Assembly (NCBI GenBank): GCA_034432445.1
Contig: DAOUBX010000094.1
Span: 1-62,661 of the forward strand
DNA: 62,661 nt
From: Anaerolineales bacterium
GTDB lineage: Bacteria > Chloroflexota > Anaerolineae > JAAEKA01
Direction: 5' to 3'
Shown: in pieces, positions 18,196 to 28,029 of the stretch
How the letters are laid out: each line of letters begins with the position of its first letter
Numbering within the stretch: position 1 is the first letter of the stretch
Program-made: the position numbers and the translations under genes
The notes under the pieces: generated by a model
Databases searched by the model: none
What the model was told of the DNA's origin: nothing
What the model saw: the letters and a program-made list of their open reading frames with translations, nothing else

Positions 18196-19407
18196 ATGGA
18201 AGACATCGTCATTGTTGGAGGAGTTCGCACACCGACCGGCTCACACGGCGGGGCCTTGCGACCGAAGACGGCCGTAGACCTCGGCGTACTGGTCTTCAAG
18301 ACCATTATCGAGCGCACCGGCGTCGATCCCGCTTTGTTCGACGACGTGATCGTCGGCTGCGCCGGGCAGCCCTCCGAGGCCGCCAACATCGGCCACGTAG
18401 TCGGCCTGCTGGCGGGCGTGCCGCAGCACGTGCCGGGCTACACCGTGCACCGCAACTGCGCCAGCGGCCTAGAGGCCATTGTCAGCGCTTACCGGGCGAT
18501 CGCATCGGGGGAGGGCACGCTGTACTTGGTGGGCGGCACCGAAAGCATGAGCAACGCTCCCTACTTGGTCAAGGGCGCACGCTGGGGCCTGAAACTGCGC
18601 CACGGCGAGCTCACCGACGGTATTTGGGAGGCTCTGACCGACCCGGTTTGCGGGCTCATCATGGGCGCCACAGCTGAGAACCTGGCCGAACGTTACGAGA
18701 TCAGCCGGGAAGAACAGGACAAGTACGCAGTCGAAAGCCACAAGAAAGCCTTTCGCGCCCAGCGCATGGAGAAGTTCAAGGACGAGATCGTTCCGGTCGA
18801 GATCATCAAGAAGGTAGCGGGCCAAGAGGTGGCGCGCGAGGTGGTCACGCAGGACGAGGGCGTCAACCCGACGCTGACCGTTAGCAAGGCTGCGCTGTAC
18901 CCGACGGTGTTCAAGAAAAACGGCACGGTCACCCCGGCCAACGCCTGCCCGCTCAATGACGCTGCGGCTGCAGTGATCGTCACGACTGCTAAGCGCGCCG
19001 CTGAGCTAGGCTTGAAGCCACGCGCGCGCATTGTCAGCTATGCCTTCGTGGGGGTCGACCCGGCGTACATGGGCATCGGCCCGGCCTACGCCATGCCCAA
19101 AGCGCTGCACAAGGCCGGTCTGAGCCTGGATGACATCGGTGTGATCGAGCTCAACGAGGCCTTCGCTGCGCAGGTGCTGGCCTGCGCGATCGAGATGCAG
19201 CGCCAGGGGCACAACTGGGATTGGAAGAAAGTCAACCCCTTGGGCGGTGGCATCGCTTTGGGCCACCCCATCGGCGCCACCGTGGTCAAGCTCACGGTCA
19301 CCATGATGGGTGAGATGGAGCGCGAGAAGCACAAGTATGGCATGGTGACAATGTGCGTCGGCGGCGGCCAAGGCGGCGCGATGATTCTGGAAAACTTGAG
19401 CGTTTGA
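18196..19407 (+). CDS. Acetyl-CoA C-acyltransferase (thiolase)
   Basis: RNCASG, NEAFAA, GHPIGAT, MCVGGGQG. Confidence 0.95.
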   Translation: MEDIVIVGGVRTPTGSHGGALRPKTAVDLGVLVFKTIIERTGVDPALFDDVIVGCAGQPSEAANIGHVVGLLAGVPQHVPGYTVHRNCASGLEAIVSAYRAIASGEGTLYLVGGTESMSNAPYLVKGARWGLKLRHGELTDGIWEALTDPVCGLIMGATAENLAERYEISREEQDKYAVESHKKAFRAQRMEKFKDEIVPVEIIKKVAGQEVAREVVTQDEGVNPTLTVSKAALYPTVFKKNGTVTPANACPLNDAAAAVIVTTAKRAAELGLKPRARIVSYAFVGVDPAYMGIGPAYAMPKALHKAGLSLDDIGVIELNEAFAAQVLACAIEMQRQGHNWDWKKVNPLGGGIALGHPIGATVVKLTVTMMGEMEREKHKYGMVTMCVGGGQGGAMILENLSV

Positions 19408-19523
19408 CAGGTGGTGCGCAATTCGTCAATGTGGAACCTGACGCCAGGTGCACAGGTTTCACCGCACGCATTGCTCGTCACTCAACACGACTTATAGCCT
19501 AGTGCACACGAAAGAGGTTGACT

Positions 19524-20753
19524 ATGTACATTTTTAAGGCAGGCGTTGTCGGCGCCGGGTTCATGGGCGCCGAGATCGCCCAGGTCATCAGCTTCAGCGG
19601 CTTGCCGGTGGTGGTCAAGGACATCGACCCTGCCATGCTGCAGAAGGCCGAGGATCACATTCGCGCCATTTACCAGGGCCGCGTCGACAAGGGCAAGATG
19701 ACCGCGGGCGAGCTGCGCGACAAAATGGACTTGATCGAGTTCACCCTGGATTACGACTCATTCGCCGACGCTGACTTCATCATCGAGGCCGTGCCGGAGC
19801 GCATGGATTTGAAGGTCAAGGTCTTCCAAGAACTGGCCAAGGTGGCGCCGGAGACAGCCATCTTCGCCTCCAACACCTCGGCCCTTAGCATTTCGGAGAT
19901 GGGCTTCAAAGGCGGCCGGCCGGAGCGCACGATCGGCATGCACTTCTTCAGCCCGGCCCACGTGATGAAGCTGGTAGAGGTCATTCCCGGCCTGGACACA
20001 GCGCAAGATGTGATCGACGATACCGTACAGTTCACCGAAAGCTTGCGCAAGATCGCCGTCGTCGTCAAGGAGTGCCCCGGCTTCCTGGTCAACCGCCTGC
20101 TGGCGCCTTACTTAGGTGAGGCCATGATGGCGCTGCAAGAGGGCGCAGCCACAGCGAGCGAGATCGACGAGGCCATGGTCGACTTCGGCATGCCGATGGG
20201 GCCGTTCACCTTGCTCGATTTCATGGGCATCGACGTTAGCGCGCATGCCGGCGCGTACATGGCCAGCGAATACGGCCCACGCTTCGAGTCGCCCGAGATC
20301 CTCAAGCGCCTGGTAGCAGCCGGCCGCTACGGCGAGAAAACCGGCGCCGGCTTCTACGGCTATGGCGAGCAAACTGACGCCCCCGTCAAGCAGATGATCG
20401 CCGAGATCCAGGCCAGCGGCATTCCCAAGGGCCCCTTCACCGTCGAGCGCTTGATCTTCCCCATGATCAACGAAGCGGCCCTAATTGCGCAGGAGAACAT
20501 TGCCTCCATCCCCGACATCGACATGGCGATGATCGCCGGCACCGGCATGACCTACAAAGGCGAACGCATGGGCCCGCTGGCCATTGCCGACGAGTACGGC
20601 CTGGACGTGGTGCTGGCCGGCCTGGAGCAGATGCTGCATGAGCCGTGGGGCGGTGAGCGCTTCCGCCCCTCGCTGCTACTCAAGACCAAGGTGCGCGCCG
20701 GCCATCTCGGCAAGAAGACGGGCCGCGGGTTCCATGAGCACATGGCATGGTAG
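19524..20753 (+). CDS. 3-hydroxyacyl-CoA dehydrogenase (duplicated C-terminal domain)
   Basis: GVVGAGFMG, IEAVPE, SNTS, GMHFFSP, PMGP and MGPL, GKKTGRGF. Confidence 0.93.
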   Translation: MYIFKAGVVGAGFMGAEIAQVISFSGLPVVVKDIDPAMLQKAEDHIRAIYQGRVDKGKMTAGELRDKMDLIEFTLDYDSFADADFIIEAVPERMDLKVKVFQELAKVAPETAIFASNTSALSISEMGFKGGRPERTIGMHFFSPAHVMKLVEVIPGLDTAQDVIDDTVQFTESLRKIAVVVKECPGFLVNRLLAPYLGEAMMALQEGAATASEIDEAMVDFGMPMGPFTLLDFMGIDVSAHAGAYMASEYGPRFESPEILKRLVAAGRYGEKTGAGFYGYGEQTDAPVKQMIAEIQASGIPKGPFTVERLIFPMINEAALIAQENIASIPDIDMAMIAGTGMTYKGERMGPLAIADEYGLDVVLAGLEQMLHEPWGGERFRPSLLLKTKVRAGHLGKKTGRGFHEHMAW

Positions 20754-20847
20754 ATCGGTAATTGGTAGATCGGTTAAGTGGTAAATGGGTGGTCGCGCGA
20801 CCAACTGACCACTTGACCAATCTACCAACCTACCACTTTACCAATTC
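20749..20847. repeat. Octamer arrays in inverted arrangement (GGTAnATn / nACCAnTn)
   Basis: ggtagatc ggtaatt ggtagatc ggttaagt ggtaaatg ... gaccactt gaccaatc taccaacc taccactt taccaatt. The first unit contains TAG 20751-20753. Confidence 0.85.
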
Positions 20848-20958
20848 GTAACTGCTCAGGTGCCGGGTATTTGTAGGCGATTTGCGATCTAGGTTGGCTT
20901 CTCAGACACGTTTGCAAACCAGAATCCACATGCCCGGCACCTATGGCTGAGTAGTTAC
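20848..20958. mobile_element. 111-bp MITE
   Basis: TIRs GTAACTGCTCAG / CTGAGTAGTTAC and subterminal GTGCCGGG / CCCGGCAC, with a perfect 8-bp direct repeat ACCAATTC at 20840-20847 and 20959-20966. Confidence 0.85.
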
Positions 20959-20987
20959 ACCAATTCACTAATACAGGAGACATCCCC

Positions 20988-21776
20988 ATGGCAGAGTACC
21001 AGAACATCAAGTACGGCGTGCAGGATAAGATCGCCGTCATTGCCATTGACCATCCCCCGGCCAACGCCTTCAACCTGCGCACCCTGGACGAGCTAGAGGC
21101 AGCCTTTGACGAGGCCACGGCTGCGGCAGACGTCAAGGCGATCATCATCACCGGCGCCGGCCAGTTTGCCTTTGTGGCGGGCGCTGACATCAACGAGATC
21201 AAGGCGCTAGCCAGCGACTACGAGGCCATCAAGGGCTTCATGCTCAAGGGCCAGACTCTGTTCAGCAAGATCGAGGCCAGCAAGAAGCCGGTCATTGCCG
21301 CCGTCAACGCCGTGGCCCTGGGCGGCGGTTTGGAGCTCTGCCTGGCCTGCCATATCCGCGTGGCCGGCGACAAGGCGCGCTTCGGCCTGCCGGAAATCAA
21401 CCTGGGCATCATCCCCGGCTGGGGCGGCACGCAGCGCTTGCAGCGCGTGATCCCCAAGGGCAAGGCCATCGAGATGATCCTCACCGGCGACATCATCAAC
21501 GCTCAGGATGCCTATCGCATCGGGCTGGTGGAGAAGGTCGTGCCCGCCACGGCGGTGGTGAAGGAGGCCATGGGCCTGGCCAAGAAGCTCACCGAAAAGG
21601 GCGGCTTGGCCGTGGCAGCGGCGCTGGATGCTATCAACTTTGGCGCCGATGCACCGCTGGCCGAGGGCCTAGCCCGCGAGCTGGAAAACGTCTCGCGCCT
21701 CGCCCAGAGCAACGACGCGCGCGAGGGCGTCACCGCCTTCCTCGAAAAACGGCGGCCCAACTTTACCGATAGCTAG
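20988..21776 (+). CDS. Enoyl-CoA hydratase (crotonase)
   Basis: AGADINE, ALGGGLEL, PEINLGIIPGWGGTQRL, FLEKRRPNF. Confidence 0.95.
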   Translation: MAEYQNIKYGVQDKIAVIAIDHPPANAFNLRTLDELEAAFDEATAAADVKAIIITGAGQFAFVAGADINEIKALASDYEAIKGFMLKGQTLFSKIEASKKPVIAAVNAVALGGGLELCLACHIRVAGDKARFGLPEINLGIIPGWGGTQRLQRVIPKGKAIEMILTGDIINAQDAYRIGLVEKVVPATAVVKEAMGLAKKLTEKGGLAVAAALDAINFGADAPLAEGLARELENVSRLAQSNDAREGVTAFLEKRRPNFTDS

Positions 21777-21793
21777 AGGTGAGCTTGGCAAAC

Positions 21794-21864
21794 GGTGATC
21801 GGTGGGCAGCTGGCACTACCCACTTTCCACCGATCACCGACCACCGGTGACCGATCACCACCCC
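21794..21864. repeat. Heptamer array (GGTGATC / ACCGATC)
   Basis: ggtgatcggtg ... accgatc accgacc accggtg accgatc acc, ending at the SD AAGGAGG. Confidence 0.75.
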
Positions 21865-21876
21865 AAGGAGGCACAC

Positions 21877-23016
21877 ATGAATTTTGCCTTCACCGAAGAG
21901 CAAGAGATGTTTCGCGAGATGTTCGCCGGCTTCGTCGCCAAGGAAGTTGAGCCACAGGCGGAGCATATCGCTGAATACGAAGAAGTGCCCATGAGCTTGC
22001 TCAAGAAGGCCGCCATGCAGGGTTTCCTGGGCGCGCTGCTGCCGGAAGAGTACGGCGGCGCCGCGCTTGACCCGGTGAGCTACATCCTGCTGCTGGAAGA
22101 AGTCGCCAAGGCCTGCATGAGCACCGCCATGACCTTGCACATCCACAACAGCCTGGTTAGCCAAGCCATTCTGCTCTGGGGCACCGACGAGCAGAAAGAG
22201 CAATGGCTGCCAGCCATGGCTGAAGGCAGCGTCATCGGCGCCTGGGCCTTTGCTGAGCCCGATGCCATCTCGCTGCATTCCACGCAGACCAAGGCCACGG
22301 CCTACGACGATGGTTACACCCTGCATGGCACCAAAGCCTGGGTGTCGAACGCGGGCATCGCCGGGCTTTACGTGATCTTCGCCGTGGCACCCGAAGGGCC
22401 GACGGCCTTTCTGGTGCCGGCTGACGCCCAGGGGCTGAAGCTGGGCAACCGCGACAAAACCCTGGGCATGCGCGGGGTGCAGATCCATCCGGTCTATCTC
22501 AACGACGTGGTCGTTCCTGCCAGCGGCGTGTTGGGCGAGCCGGGCGGCGCACAGGCAGTGCTAGATGCCGTCACGGACTTCTCGCGCCTCTCTATGGCCG
22601 CGATTGCGCTGGGCGGCGCGCACCATGCCCTGGAGCTAGGCGTCAAGTTCGCCATTGACCGCAAACAGTTCGGCGTGGAAATCGCGCGCAAAGGCGCCAT
22701 TCAGGCCTATATCGCCGATTCGGCGCTGGAGGTAGAGACGCTACGCAGCCAGATCTACCGCTGCGCTTCGCTGGCCGAACAAGGCAAACTAGACCGGGAG
22801 GCGGCCGCAATCGCCAAGCTGTGGGCCAACCGCGTCGCCTATCAGGTCGGCAACCGCATGATCCAGACCCACGGCGGCTACGGCTACATCCTGGACTACG
22901 CCATCGGCCGCGTCTTCCGCGACTGCCGCACTGTCGAGGGCATCGAAGGGACCAACCGCTCGCAACAGACGGCTATCGCCCGCAGCGTGCTGGCGGCACA
23001 TGGGTTTGCAATGTGA
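21877..23016 (+). CDS. Acyl-CoA dehydrogenase (divergent copy)
   Basis: PEEYGG, KAWVSNAG, RKQFG, IQTHGGYGY, EGTN. The first FAD motif is degenerate (FAEPDAIS). Confidence 0.88.
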   Translation: MNFAFTEEQEMFREMFAGFVAKEVEPQAEHIAEYEEVPMSLLKKAAMQGFLGALLPEEYGGAALDPVSYILLLEEVAKACMSTAMTLHIHNSLVSQAILLWGTDEQKEQWLPAMAEGSVIGAWAFAEPDAISLHSTQTKATAYDDGYTLHGTKAWVSNAGIAGLYVIFAVAPEGPTAFLVPADAQGLKLGNRDKTLGMRGVQIHPVYLNDVVVPASGVLGEPGGAQAVLDAVTDFSRLSMAAIALGGAHHALELGVKFAIDRKQFGVEIARKGAIQAYIADSALEVETLRSQIYRCASLAEQGKLDREAAAIAKLWANRVAYQVGNRMIQTHGGYGYILDYAIGRVFRDCRTVEGIEGTNRSQQTAIARSVLAAHGFAM

Positions 23017-23100
23017 CGCGTAACGCGTAACGAAGTCATGGTGCGCCGTTCGCAGGCGAGCGGAGCTCGTCACAAAGGACTGGTTACGGGTTACGGTTCG
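23013..23100. repeat. Heptamer arrays in inverted arrangement (GTAACGC / GGTTACG)
   Basis: gtgacgc gtaacgc gtaacga ... ggttacg ggttacg. The first unit contains TGA 23014-23016. Confidence 0.7.
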
Positions 23101-23137
23101 TCTCGGCTTGGCACCCACCTGTAGGAAGGTAAACCAT

Positions 23138-24301
23138 ATGGACCTGACACTACCCAAAGAGTACGACCTGTTGCGCCAGATGATCCGGGATGTCATGGAG
23201 AACGAGTTTGCGCCGATCGCAGAAGAGGCCGACGAGAAAGCCGAGGTGCCCTTCGATGCACTCAAGGTCGCCGCTCAGGCCGGGCTGCTGGGCATTCCCT
23301 TTCCCCAGGAGTACGGCGGCAGCGGCGCAGGCGAGATGGGCTACGTGATCCTGATGGAAGAGATCAGCCGTGTGGACAGCGCCATGGCCACCGTGGTCGG
23401 CGCCCACATCGGCATCGCGGCCATGGCCATCTACGTAGACGGCTCGCACGCCCTGAAAGAGAAGTACCTTACGCCGTTGGCGCAAGGCACCAAGATCGGC
23501 GCCTTCTGCCTCACCGAGCCCGGTGCCGGCTCGGACGCCGCCAACATCAAGACGCGCGCCGTGCGAGCCAACGGCAAATGGGTCATCACCGGCAACAAGA
23601 TCTACATCAGCAACGGCCCCTTCGCCGACCTCTTTTCGGTCCTGGCGGTGACCAATCCGGCGCTCGGCGCGCGCGGTGGCGTAACGGCCTTTGTCGTCGA
23701 GAAGGAGATGGGACCCAAGGTGGGCGTGGTCGAGAAGAAGTTGGGCATTCGTGCCTCGGCCACCTCTGAGATCATCTTCGACGAGGTCGAAGTGCCGGCT
23801 GCCAACATCATCGGCCAAGAAGGCCTGGGGTTCGTCACCTTCATGAAAACGCTGGACCTGGGCCGGGTAACCGTCGGCGCAGCCTCGTTGGGCGGCGCAC
23901 AGAAGGCGCTGGAGATGGTGATCGACTACGCCCGGTTGGCGGAGAAGTACGGCATGCCGCTGGCGCACCAGCAGCAAGTGCAGTTCATGATCGCCGACAT
24001 GTACTCGTGGATCGAGATGCTGCGCGGGCTGGTCTATCGCACCGCCTGGCTGGTAGACAACAAACGCCCCTTCGCCCGCGAGGCTTACGTCTGCAAGCTG
24101 ATGGGCAGCGAGATCGCCAGTCGCACCGTCAGCTATGCTATGGAGATCCATGGCGCCCTCGGCCTCAGCCGCGATTACCCGCTGGAGCGCGCCTTCCGTG
24201 ACGCGCGCATCGCTGAGATCTTCGAGGGCACCAACGAAATTCAGCGCATCATCATCGCCCGCGACCTGCTCAAGGAAGTCGGCGTGCACATCGAGCCATA
24301 G
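23138..24301 (+). CDS. Acyl-CoA dehydrogenase (butyryl-CoA DH-like)
   Basis: FCLTEPGAGSDA, KIYISNG, KLGIRAS, IFEGTNEIQR. Confidence 0.93.
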   Translation: MDLTLPKEYDLLRQMIRDVMENEFAPIAEEADEKAEVPFDALKVAAQAGLLGIPFPQEYGGSGAGEMGYVILMEEISRVDSAMATVVGAHIGIAAMAIYVDGSHALKEKYLTPLAQGTKIGAFCLTEPGAGSDAANIKTRAVRANGKWVITGNKIYISNGPFADLFSVLAVTNPALGARGGVTAFVVEKEMGPKVGVVEKKLGIRASATSEIIFDEVEVPAANIIGQEGLGFVTFMKTLDLGRVTVGAASLGGAQKALEMVIDYARLAEKYGMPLAHQQQVQFMIADMYSWIEMLRGLVYRTAWLVDNKRPFAREAYVCKLMGSEIASRTVSYAMEIHGALGLSRDYPLERAFRDARIAEIFEGTNEIQRIIIARDLLKEVGVHIEP

Positions 24302-24315
24302 CGAAGGAGGCGTGC

Positions 24316-25098
24316 ATGCGTATCGTCGTTTGTATCAAACAGATCTTGGACCCCGCCACCATCAAGATCAGCCGCAGCCAGCAGGCCATTGATGAACGCG
24401 GGGCCAAGAAGATCATGAACCCACCCGACCGCTGGGCGCTGGATGCTGCGCTGCGTTTCAAGGAAGCCGACCCCTCCATTGAGGTCATCGCCATGTCCGT
24501 CGGCGAGCCGGAGGTGGAGGATGTGCTGCGCGAGGCTCTGGCGCTGGGCTGCGATCGAGCGATCCTGTTGAGCGACCCTTACATTGTCAAGGCGCGCACG
24601 GCCGGCCTGGCGCAGATAATCGCAGCTGCCATCAAACGCTTACACAATGTGCAAATGGTCATGACCGGTCACATGGCGCTGGACACGGGCAGCGGAACGC
24701 TGGGGCCGCGCGTGGCCATCGAGCTCGGCGGCTGGCCGGTCTTGATGAATGTCGACCAACTGCGCCTGGAAAATGGGCACGCCATTGGCTTGCAGGCGGC
24801 CGATGAGAAGTACTACCACTCCAGCTACCCGTTGCCGGTGGTGGCGACCATCCTCGAGACTCCACAACACCCACGCTATCCCCACGGCTCGGCCATCATC
24901 AACGCCTACAGGCAGAGGAGTGTGGAGGTGTGGAGCAGCATGGCGCTGGGCATTGACCCCACCAGCCTGCCTGCACCCACCACCAGCCGGCAGATGCGCA
25001 TTCCTCCGCCCCGCGAGCTTGGCGTCATCATCGAGGGATCGCCAGAGGAAGCGGCCCAGACCCTGGTCGCCGCGCTCAAGGCGCGTCGTATCATCTAG
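24316..25098 (+). CDS. etfB: Electron transfer flavoprotein beta subunit
   Basis: IVVCIKQILDP, MNPPDRWALDAALRFKE, ALALGCDRAILL, PRYP. Confidence 0.9.
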   Translation: MRIVVCIKQILDPATIKISRSQQAIDERGAKKIMNPPDRWALDAALRFKEADPSIEVIAMSVGEPEVEDVLREALALGCDRAILLSDPYIVKARTAGLAQIIAAAIKRLHNVQMVMTGHMALDTGSGTLGPRVAIELGGWPVLMNVDQLRLENGHAIGLQAADEKYYHSSYPLPVVATILETPQHPRYPHGSAIINAYRQRSVEVWSSMALGIDPTSLPAPTTSRQMRIPPPRELGVIIEGSPEEAAQTLVAALKARRII

Positions 25099-25116
25099 CC
25101 ACCCAGGAGAGAGTCT

Positions 25117-26136
25117 ATGGACCTGTCATTTCTAGAGCAATTGCTCGGCCCCACAGTCGAGGAAGAAGAGGGCTACCGCAACATCTGGGTGGTCGCAGTT
25201 GCATGGGATCCGTTTGTGCGGCCATGCGATCTGCAAGTGCTGGGCAAAGCGCGCAACCTGGCCGATAGCCTTGGCGCCTATGTGAATGCCTTGCTCATCG
25301 GCGAGGCCGCTTCAGAAGACCTGGCGCGCGAGTTGATCGCCTATGGCGCCGACATGGTGTGCTGGGGCGCCGGCTATCCGACCGGCACCAGCCTCATGGA
25401 GTTCGTCAACCAGCGCAAGCCGGAGATCTTGCTGTTTGCCGATGCCGCAGGTGGTCGCAAGATGGCGCCGCGGCTGGCACAGCGCCTCAAGACCGCCCTT
25501 GTCACCCACGCCGTCGATCTGTCGATCAATGCTGAAGAGCGCAGCTTGGTTGTGGCTGTCCCCATCTACCGCGGCGCCGCCTACCGCGTGGTGGAATGCA
25601 AGACCAAGCCCCAGATCGCCACGATCCAGCCTGGCATCTTCCCTGTGCCAGAGCGCAACGACTGGCGCAGCGGTGACATCGAGGAGGTTGAGCTGGTCTA
25701 CAAACCCCAGCCGCCGCTCATCCCCGTGGAACCGCCCAGCTACTACATCCCCCTGGAAAAAGCGGATATCATCATCGCCGGCGGCCGCGGCCTGCGCGAC
25801 GCCGGTTGGCATCTGGTGGAGGAGCTGGCAGCCGCCTTTGCTCGCAAGATGCCGCAGAAGGCCATTGCGGTGGCCGGCACACGCGGCGCAGTGGATGAAG
25901 GCTGGATCGAACCCAAGCACATGGTGGACATCACCGGCAAGGCGGTGGCGCCGGATCTCTACATCGCGTGCGGCGTGCGCGGCACCTTCCAGCACTTTGC
26001 CGCCAGCGAAAAAGCGCGTTGTATCGTGGCCATCAACCACAATCCCGATGCGCCGATCTTCAAACACGCCGACTTCGGCATCGTCGGCAAAGTCGAAGAG
26101 GTTATCCCGGCGCTGATCGCAGCGCTGGACAGCTAA
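25117..26136 (+). CDS. etfA: Electron transfer flavoprotein alpha subunit
   Basis: AGGRG, TRGAVDEGW, PDLYIACG, AINHNPDAPIFKHADFGIVG. Confidence 0.9.
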   Translation: MDLSFLEQLLGPTVEEEEGYRNIWVVAVAWDPFVRPCDLQVLGKARNLADSLGAYVNALLIGEAASEDLARELIAYGADMVCWGAGYPTGTSLMEFVNQRKPEILLFADAAGGRKMAPRLAQRLKTALVTHAVDLSINAEERSLVVAVPIYRGAAYRVVECKTKPQIATIQPGIFPVPERNDWRSGDIEEVELVYKPQPPLIPVEPPSYYIPLEKADIIIAGGRGLRDAGWHLVEELAAAFARKMPQKAIAVAGTRGAVDEGWIEPKHMVDITGKAVAPDLYIACGVRGTFQHFAASEKARCIVAINHNPDAPIFKHADFGIVGKVEEVIPALIAALDS

Positions 26137-26265
26137 TGCTGCGTCAACGGTGATTTGCGGAGTGTGCACGCCCAGATACGAAACTGACGTTTGGGGACGC
26201 CTACTCCTCAAATGAGCATGGATAGCGCACCAGAGTTTGGCACGTCCTTGCGCACGGCATCTCTG

Positions 26266-26306
26266 ACAAGGGATAAGCGGCCTCGGCCCTTATCCCTTGT
26301 TTCTTT
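26266..26306 (+). terminator. Intrinsic terminator of the beta-oxidation operon
   Basis: ACAAGGGATAAG...CTTATCCCTTGT followed by TTCTTT. Confidence 0.75.
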
Positions 26307-26308
26307 CC

Positions 26309-26337
26309 TTGTCAAACTCACCGCCGTGTGCTAAGAT
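26309..26337 (+). promoter_or_regulatory. Sigma70 promoter
   Basis: TTGTCA-N17-TAAGAT with TGn. Confidence 0.65.
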
Positions 26338-26522
26338 TGCGCCGACTAGTTTCAGGGCCGACTTGAGCGCCTACTGAGATACAGGTGCCGGGCCCTTGGA
26401 ACTGTGCTTGCGACAGCGGTTGCAGTGCCGACTCGGGCTGTCAATCAGTCGCCAGCGCCCGCCACTGGAGCGGCGCATCGGTCGCCAACCCTTGCAAACA
26501 GAAAAATCGGCACAGGACAGCT

Positions 26523-27332
26523 ATGAAAGTCTACATTTCCGTCGACATCGAAGGCGTTTCCGGAGTTGTGAATGCCGTGCAGGGCACGCCGGGTAATCCC
26601 GAGTACGAGTTAGCACGCAAGCTGATGACCGCCGAAGCCAACGCAGCCATCCTGGGTGTGCGCGCGGCCGGCGCTACCGAGGTGCTCGTCAACGACTCCC
26701 ACAACACCATGCGCAACTTACTTGTTGAAGACCTCGACCCTTGGGCCGATGTCGTGTATGGCTCGCCAAAACCGCTGAGCATGATGACAGGTCTGGACGA
26801 TAGCTTCGATGTTGCCTTGTTCATCGGCTACCACGCACGCGCCGGCACACCGAATGCGATCCTCGATCACACCTACAGCGCCGAGTGTGTCGCCCACGTC
26901 GAGCTGAACGGACGGCCCGTAGGCGAAATCGGCCTGAACGCCGCCCTAGCTGGCGTGTTCGGCGTGCCCGTTGGCTTGGTAACCGGCGATCAGGCCGCCA
27001 CCGCCGAAGCCACCGCCCTGCTCGGCCCTGACCTGCAAACCGTCACCGTCAAACACGCGGTTGGGCACCAAGCAGCGCGCTGCATCCACCCGGAAGAAGC
27101 CCAAAGCCTGATCCGCCAAGCGGCCGAGCAGGCCGTCAACACGACTGTCGCGCCGCTCAAGCTGGAAACGCCGGTGGTGTTGCGCCTGGAGATGCGGTCG
27201 AGCCTGATGGCCGATTATGCCATGTTGATCCCCGGCGCGCGCCGCCTGGATGGCTACACGGTCGAGTATGCCCACGACGACTACTTGACCGTGTTCAAGG
27301 TTTTCCGCGCCATGGTCAAGCTGGCATCGTAG
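26523..27332 (+). CDS. dppA: M55 family D-aminopeptidase
   Basis: YISVDIEGVSG, VNDSH, PKPLSMM, GYHARAG, LDHTYS, VTGD. Confidence 0.9.
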   Translation: MKVYISVDIEGVSGVVNAVQGTPGNPEYELARKLMTAEANAAILGVRAAGATEVLVNDSHNTMRNLLVEDLDPWADVVYGSPKPLSMMTGLDDSFDVALFIGYHARAGTPNAILDHTYSAECVAHVELNGRPVGEIGLNAALAGVFGVPVGLVTGDQAATAEATALLGPDLQTVTVKHAVGHQAARCIHPEEAQSLIRQAAEQAVNTTVAPLKLETPVVLRLEMRSSLMADYAMLIPGARRLDGYTVEYAHDDYLTVFKVFRAMVKLAS

Positions 27333-27350
27333 ATCGGCCCCTGACTTCTC

Positions 27351-28007
27351 ATGTGCATCCGCTACTTGCTCTTCGACCTCGATGATACTCTCTACCCGCG
27401 CCAGACAGGGGTCATGCAGACGATCGGCAACCGCATTCGCCAGTACATCGTCGATCATTACGGGTTGACTTGGGAGGAAGCGGCCGCGCTGGCGCGCAGC
27501 TATCACGACCGCTACGGCACCTCAATGCGCGGGTTGCTGCTCCACCACAACCTTGATGCGGACGATTTCTTGACCTATGTGCATGACTTCCCGCTGGACG
27601 GCCTGCTGGCGCCAGACCGCGCGCTGGACGCGATGCTGTCAGCCTTGCCCGGCGAGAAGGTGATCTTCACCAACGCCGACCGCGGGCATGCCGAGCGCGT
27701 GCTCGACAAGCTGCAGGTGCGCCATCACTTCAGACGCATCGTCGACGTGACGGCTGTAGGCTACATCAGCAAGCCCAATATCGAGGCTTACACCAATTGT
27801 CTGAGCCTTCTCCAGGCGCAAGCGCGCGAGTGCGTCCTCATCGACGACGCCCCACGCAACCTGGCAGCGGCAGGCCAACTGGGCATGACCACAGTGCTGG
27901 TTGCAGAAGACGCCCCCTCTGATCACGCCGCGGAGTATCAAATCCCCAACATCCTGAGCTTGCCCCCGGTGGTTGAGAGGATCTATCAGGATCGGGCGTG
28001 CGTCTGA
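27351..28007 (+). CDS. HAD-family pyrimidine 5'-nucleotidase-like hydrolase
   Basis: FDLDDTLYP, FTNA, SKPN, IDDAPRNL. Confidence 0.88.
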   Translation: MCIRYLLFDLDDTLYPRQTGVMQTIGNRIRQYIVDHYGLTWEEAAALARSYHDRYGTSMRGLLLHHNLDADDFLTYVHDFPLDGLLAPDRALDAMLSALPGEKVIFTNADRGHAERVLDKLQVRHHFRRIVDVTAVGYISKPNIEAYTNCLSLLQAQARECVLIDDAPRNLAAAGQLGMTTVLVAEDAPSDHAAEYQIPNILSLPPVVERIYQDRACV

Positions 28008-28029
28008 GGGAGGTCGACAAGAGATCGCC

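Noticed and set aside
26340-26522. Possible riboswitch in the dppA leader, and CAGGTGCCGGGC (26382-26393) resembling the MITE subterminus
   Set aside because: No known aptamer motif is recognisable. The 12-bp GC-rich match has no TIR or duplication.
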